A DNA stretch of 64,000 nt from Candidatus Nitrospinota bacterium M3_3B_026 (GTDB taxonomy: Bacteria; Nitrospinota_A; UBA7883; JBPRGF01), in contig JBPRGF010000029.1 of the NCBI GenBank assembly GCA_051418015.1, forward strand, positions 145,691-209,690. The letters run 5' to 3'. Below are positions 60,261 through 64,000 of the stretch, piece by piece. Position numbers and translations under genes: made by a program. The first letter of the stretch is position 1. The number at the start of each line of letters is the position of its first letter. Below the pieces are notes generated by a model. It saw only the letters and a program-made list of their open reading frames with translations, was not told the DNA's origin and searched no databases.

Positions 60261-60904
60261 GAAAAAAACGGAAATACATAGCCATCGAGGGCCCCATCGG
60301 CGTCGGCAAGACCAGCCTGGCGAAGCTCCTTTCGGAAAAGCTGGACGGCGAGCCGATACTGGAGGAGGTGGAGGAGAACCCCTTCCTGGAGAAGTTTTAC
60401 GAAGACAGAAGCTTCTACGCCTTCCAGGCGCAGATGTTCTTTCTGGTCTCCCGGTACAAGCAGCTTTCAGCGCTTTCGCAGACCGATCTTTTCAAGACGG
60501 CGCCGGTGGCCGACTACATATTCGCGCGCGACATGATCTTCGCCAGGATCAACTTGAACGACCAGGAGTACAGGCTCTACATCGACATATACAACATGAT
60601 GAAAAAGAACGTCCCCCGGCCGGACCTCGTCATATACCTGCAGGCGGACACGAAAACGCTTGTCAGCCGGACCCGTCAGCGCGGCAGGGAAATGGAAAAA
60701 AGCCTGCGGGAGGACTACCTGGACGAGGTGAACAGGGCGTTCAACGAGTTTTTTTTCAACTACCGCTCCGGGCCGTTGCTTATAATAAACACAAGCAACA
60801 TAGACTTCGTCGCAAACGAGGAGGACCTCGAAAAGCTCCTCTCGAAGGTGACGGGTGATATAAAGGGAAGAGAGTTTTTCAACCCGCTCGGATCGGTCTT
60901 CTAG
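60257..60904 (+). CDS. Deoxynucleoside kinase
   Basis: IAIEGPIGVGKT, NPFL..FY, Q.FFL..R, PDLVIYLQA. Confidence 0.92.
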   Translation: MRKKRKYIAIEGPIGVGKTSLAKLLSEKLDGEPILEEVEENPFLEKFYEDRSFYAFQAQMFFLVSRYKQLSALSQTDLFKTAPVADYIFARDMIFARINLNDQEYRLYIDIYNMMKKNVPRPDLVIYLQADTKTLVSRTRQRGREMEKSLREDYLDEVNRAFNEFFFNYRSGPLLIINTSNIDFVANEEDLEKLLSKVTGDIKGREFFNPLGSVF

Positions 60905-60950
60905 GCTGGCGCCAAAAGAAGGCGGCCGGGACGGGGAATAAAGAGGCAGG

Positions 60951-61002
60951 ACCGTTTCAAGACAGTCCGCCTGGATCCATGGGACACCAGGACCGGGACG
61001 GG
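60951..61002 (+). ncRNA. Probable pan RNA motif (cis-regulatory element upstream of panB)
   Basis: Nested stems CCGTTTC/GGGACGG, GTCC/GGAC, CTGG/CCAG and TCC/GGA with bulges, in the 5' leader of panB. Recognised from memory of the motif; no Rfam search was run. Confidence 0.6.
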
Positions 61003-61118
61003 CGAGAGCAGAACGCGAGGCCAGGCGCATACGGAGCGCCCCACGCCGCCTCGCTGTCTTTCTCCCCGATAAAATCCCGCGATCCGGAAGGTCTTTTCGA
61101 ACGAAGGAGAAGACGGGC

Positions 61119-61946
61119 ATGAAAGAGAAGGTGACGCTCAACAGACTGCGGGAGATGAAGCGGAAGGGGAAAAAGATCGCCGCCCTGACGGCCTATGATT
61201 ACGCCTTCGCCAGGATGGTCGACACCGCCGGGGTGGACATCGTCCTTGTGGGGGATTCGCTGGGAATGACTTTCCGGGGCGAGGAAAACACGCTTAAAGT
61301 GACGGTGGACGACATCGTGTACCACACGAAGGCCGTCCGCCGAGGCGTCAAGAGGGCGCTGCTCGTGGCGGACATGCCGTTTCTTTCATACCACGTCAGC
61401 GTGGAGAGGACGCTGGAGAACGCAGGCCGCATGATAACCGCCGGGGCCGAGGCGGTGAAGCTCGAGGGAGCCAGGGGCGTCCTCGCGGCGGCGGAAAGGC
61501 TCGTGAACGCGGGGATACCGGTGATGGGCCATATCGGCCTGACGCCGCAGTCGATCCACCAGCTCGGCGGCTTCAGGATCCAGGGCAGGCGCGACGAGGC
61601 GGCCAAAAGGCTGATAGAAGACGCGGAGAACCTCCAGTCGGCGGGCGCTTTCGCCCTGGTGCTCGAATGCGTGCCGGTGGACCTGGCGGCGGCCATAACG
61701 AAAAAGCTCGACATCCCCACGATCGGGATCGGCGCGGGGCCGGATGTGGACGGGCAGATACTGGTTACCTCCGACATCATGGGCATGACGTCCGATTTCA
61801 CGCCAAGGTTCGTGAAAAAATATGCTGATATCGACCAAATGGCTACGAAAGCGGCCGAAAAGTACATCGAGGAGACGAAAAACGGCGCCTTTCCGGACGC
61901 TGAGCACAGCTACCCCGCCCCTCCCCGGCGCCTGAAGGTTATATGA
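61119..61946 (+). CDS. panB: 3-methyl-2-oxobutanoate hydroxymethyltransferase
   Basis: LTAYD, LVGDSLGM, DMPF, VKLEG, GHIGLTPQS, TIGIGAG..DGQILV. Confidence 0.97.
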   Translation: MKEKVTLNRLREMKRKGKKIAALTAYDYAFARMVDTAGVDIVLVGDSLGMTFRGEENTLKVTVDDIVYHTKAVRRGVKRALLVADMPFLSYHVSVERTLENAGRMITAGAEAVKLEGARGVLAAAERLVNAGIPVMGHIGLTPQSIHQLGGFRIQGRRDEAAKRLIEDAENLQSAGAFALVLECVPVDLAAAITKKLDIPTIGIGAGPDVDGQILVTSDIMGMTSDFTPRFVKKYADIDQMATKAAEKYIEETKNGAFPDAEHSYPAPPRRLKVI

Positions 61947-62225
61947 GGCGCGGCAGGCAGGGCCATCGCCGAGGCTGTTTTCTCGCAACTGCTTGATATA
62001 ATGCCGTTTGTTTTGCCGGCCGGGGGAGTGGCGGGCCGGAGGCGCATGACGCCGCCTCCGCCGTTAGGGTGGATATGTCTTTTTCCTCAATAAATACAGT
62101 ATGTTATCCCGCCAGCGCCCGTGCAGGGAGAATGTTTGGGTGTTTTTTTGGTTTTTCTGGTGTATAATTTTTTGATGGATTAATAAATTTCAATGTCACG
62201 AGTTTGCCTGGCAGGGAGTTTGGCC

Positions 62226-62591
62226 ATGAAACCGCGTAATTTCAACGAGATAAGAAAAGCCCTGATGAAGAAAAAAGCCCTTTTGCTCAAATCCGTCAGG
62301 GACAAGGAAAAAGATATCAAGGAGGAGATAGCAAACCGTCACGGCGACGACGTGGACATAGCCGAAGCCGACTACGAGCAGGAGATGTCCTTTTATTTCA
62401 AGAGCCGTGGCGAGGGTGAGCTGCGCAAGATCACCGACGCGCTCGCCCGCATGGACAAGGGTGAGTACGGCGTTTGCGTCGAGTGCGGGGAGGATATCCC
62501 CAAAAAACGGCTGACGGTTCTGCCCTATTCCTCGCTGTGCGTCGAGTGCCAGGAAAAAATGGAGGAGGAAGGCGTCGCCAGCAGGCGCTAG
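62226..62591 (+). CDS. dksA: DksA-like transcription factor
   Basis: DDVDIA (DxxDxA tip motif); YGVCVECG..I...RL...P....CVECQ. Confidence 0.8.
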   Translation: MKPRNFNEIRKALMKKKALLLKSVRDKEKDIKEEIANRHGDDVDIAEADYEQEMSFYFKSRGEGELRKITDALARMDKGEYGVCVECGEDIPKKRLTVLPYSSLCVECQEKMEEEGVASRR

Positions 62592-62638
62592 CCTGAGTCT
62601 TCGGACGGTAATAAACAGGATGGAGGGTGTTGGAATAG

Positions 62639-62869
62639 ATGTTCGATAACGAGTTTTACAGCGAAGCGGTCAAAAAGGTTCCCAAGAAATACCTGCTGGC
62701 GAACCTCGTCTCCATGCGCATGAGGCAGCTTATAAACGGGGCCGACCCTCTCGTGGAGGCGGAGGAAGGGATGAGGCCGATGGACATCGCGCTCAAAGAA
62801 ATCGCCGAAGGCATGATCGAGCCCCGCAAGCTGGAAGAGCAGCCTTCCGGCGAAGAGATTTTCGGCTGA
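62639..62869 (+). CDS. rpoZ: RNA polymerase omega subunit
   Basis: KY.L...VS.R.RQL..GA.PLV......P..IALKEI.EG. Confidence 0.88.
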   Translation: MFDNEFYSEAVKKVPKKYLLANLVSMRMRQLINGADPLVEAEEGMRPMDIALKEIAEGMIEPRKLEEQPSGEEIFG

Positions 62870-62878
62870 TCCCGGGCC

Positions 62879-63283
62879 ATGGAAGAGGAAAAAAAGGAAA
62901 AATCCTTCACCTTCGTGGACAAGCGCCGCAGGTCCGGCGAGGAGGAGGAGTCCGCCCCCGCGAGGGATGAAAAACCGGCGCCCCCGGAAAAGGAGCCCGC
63001 GGCGGGCGAGGAGCCGGCAGGCGGCGCCGTCCCGCCCATAGACTTTCCCACGTTCATCGTCTCCCTCTCTTCGAGCGCGGCTTACCACATGGGCGGCTAC
63101 CAGGACCCTGTCTCCGGCAAAACGTCTATGAACAAAGACCTCGCCCGGCAGACCATAGACATCATCGCGATGCTGAGGGAGAAAACCAGGGGCAACCTGA
63201 CGGAGGACGAAGAAAGGCTCATTTCCAACCTGTTGCGCGACCTTCGGATGAAGTTCGTCGAGGTCTTCTCCTCGGGCTCCTAG
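62879..63283 (+). CDS. DUF1844-family protein
   Basis: F..FI.SL...A...MG...P.SG......LARQTID....L.EKT.GNL...E..L....L.DLR..FV. Confidence 0.8.
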   Translation: MEEEKKEKSFTFVDKRRRSGEEEESAPARDEKPAPPEKEPAAGEEPAGGAVPPIDFPTFIVSLSSSAAYHMGGYQDPVSGKTSMNKDLARQTIDIIAMLREKTRGNLTEDEERLISNLLRDLRMKFVEVFSSGS

Positions 63284-63333
63284 AGGGGCGCGAGACCGGG
63301 AGTCACCCTCCCGTCGGGAGAAGGGACTCATAA

Positions 63334-63461
63334 TGTCATCCTGAGGCGAAGCCGAAGAACCCCGCTATTCCATTTCCTCCCCCTCGACGGGGGAGGCCGG
63401 GTGGGGGTGATGAAATTATTTATACCCCCTCCCCTTGCATCCCCTCCCGCCGGGGGAGGGG
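63334..63461. repeat. Cluster of palindromic elements: partial TGTCAT element plus two CCTCCCC/GGGGAGG hairpins
   Basis: TGTCATCCTGAGGCGAAGCCGAAGAACCC (63334-62); CCTCCCCC-tcgac-GGGGGAGG (63376-96); CCCCTCCC...GGGAGGGG (63441-61). Confidence 0.6.
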
Positions 63462-63495
63462 AAAAAGCGTGTTTGCGTATGTTCCGTTACCCCCT

Positions 63496-64000
63496 TCAGT
63501 TCGTCCGCGGGATGTCTGCGATTTCCATGCTTGCCGAACATCCACTATAAGAGATACTTCCCAACGCGCTCAGTGTTTGCGAATTGTATGACCCAGTGAG
63601 GCTCGGAAACCTCCCATCTTGAGCTTGAAGTCGCACCGTGCCGCCGCTGTTCGTTATCGTGTGAGAGCCAAGATACGTCCAAGAAGGAACAGTAACTCTG
63701 CAATCGGCAGACTGCACAGTAGCGTCTGCCGACGCCACGCCGTCCGCGCTAAGCTCCACGTGTACGACGCCGCTCGCGGTGCAGTGTGCAGCTGGACAGG
63801 TCTGATCATAAGTGAATGGGCCGCTGTAGTTCCATGGCAGGGGGTCTGTGTCTGTATCCCCGCCGCCGGTGTCGTCGCTTCCCGTATCGCTGGTCTTAAC
63901 GTCGGTGAAGATGGAGACTATGGGGTTGTGGGGCCCGAGCACATAACTGTCATTTTCACCTGTCCCGCATTGACCACCGACCGGCTTATGGTTGCATTTC
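63496..64000 (-). CDS. C-terminal part of a Ser/Thr/Gly/Cys-rich, probably extracellular protein; truncated by window end
   Basis: Frame is open to the window edge; DTGSDDTGGGDTDTD linker, paired cysteines, lower GC than flanks. Confidence 0.6.
   Translation of the reverse strand, partial: KCNHKPVGGQCGTGENDSYVLGPHNPIVSIFTDVKTSDTGSDDTGGGDTDTDPLPWNYSGPFTYDQTCPAAHCTASGVVHVELSADGVASADATVQSADCRVTVPSWTYLGSHTITNSGGTVRLQAQDGRFPSLTGSYNSQTLSALGSISYSGCSASMEIADIPRTN

Overview
GC-rich bacterial chromosomal window, apparently genetic code 11. The gene content suggests an aerobic or microaerobic, motile, sulfur-oxidising diderm; a Nitrospinota-like lineage is possible but cannot be established from the sequence alone. 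From left to right: (1) 1-13.9 kb, a surface-glycan synthesis and tailoring region with nucleotide-sugar enzymes, a GT2, two radical SAM enzymes, SAM methyltransferases and three sulfotransferase-like genes, one broken by an in-frame TGA. (2) A vsr - RHH/PIN toxin-antitoxin - C5 DNA methyltransferase cassette. (3) An A2-type heme-copper oxidase operon (coxC-SCO-coxB-coxA-ctaA-ctaB) behind a long structured leader, followed by a membrane-anchored diheme cytochrome c and a globin-PsiE fusion. (4) The most striking locus: an exported 959-aa cytochrome c with 36 candidate heme sites (31 CxxCH + 5 CxxxxCH, expanded by ~243-bp internal tandem repeats), immediately followed by an outer-membrane beta-barrel, i.e. 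a candidate porin-cytochrome electron conduit. (5) O-antigen ligase/galE/PglF-like genes, SulP, tpx, a class II cytochrome c and anmK. (6) gltA, rpsO-pnp-M16 peptidase, flgM and the soeABC sulfite dehydrogenase. (7) A decayed integration site at tRNA-Pro(GGG) with an integrase tail and an IS3-family end. (8) dapL-folK-dNK-panB with a probable pan RNA motif, then dksA-rpoZ-DUF1844. Several small palindromic or MITE-like elements lie in intergenic gaps. All calls come from motif reading by eye; no searches were run.
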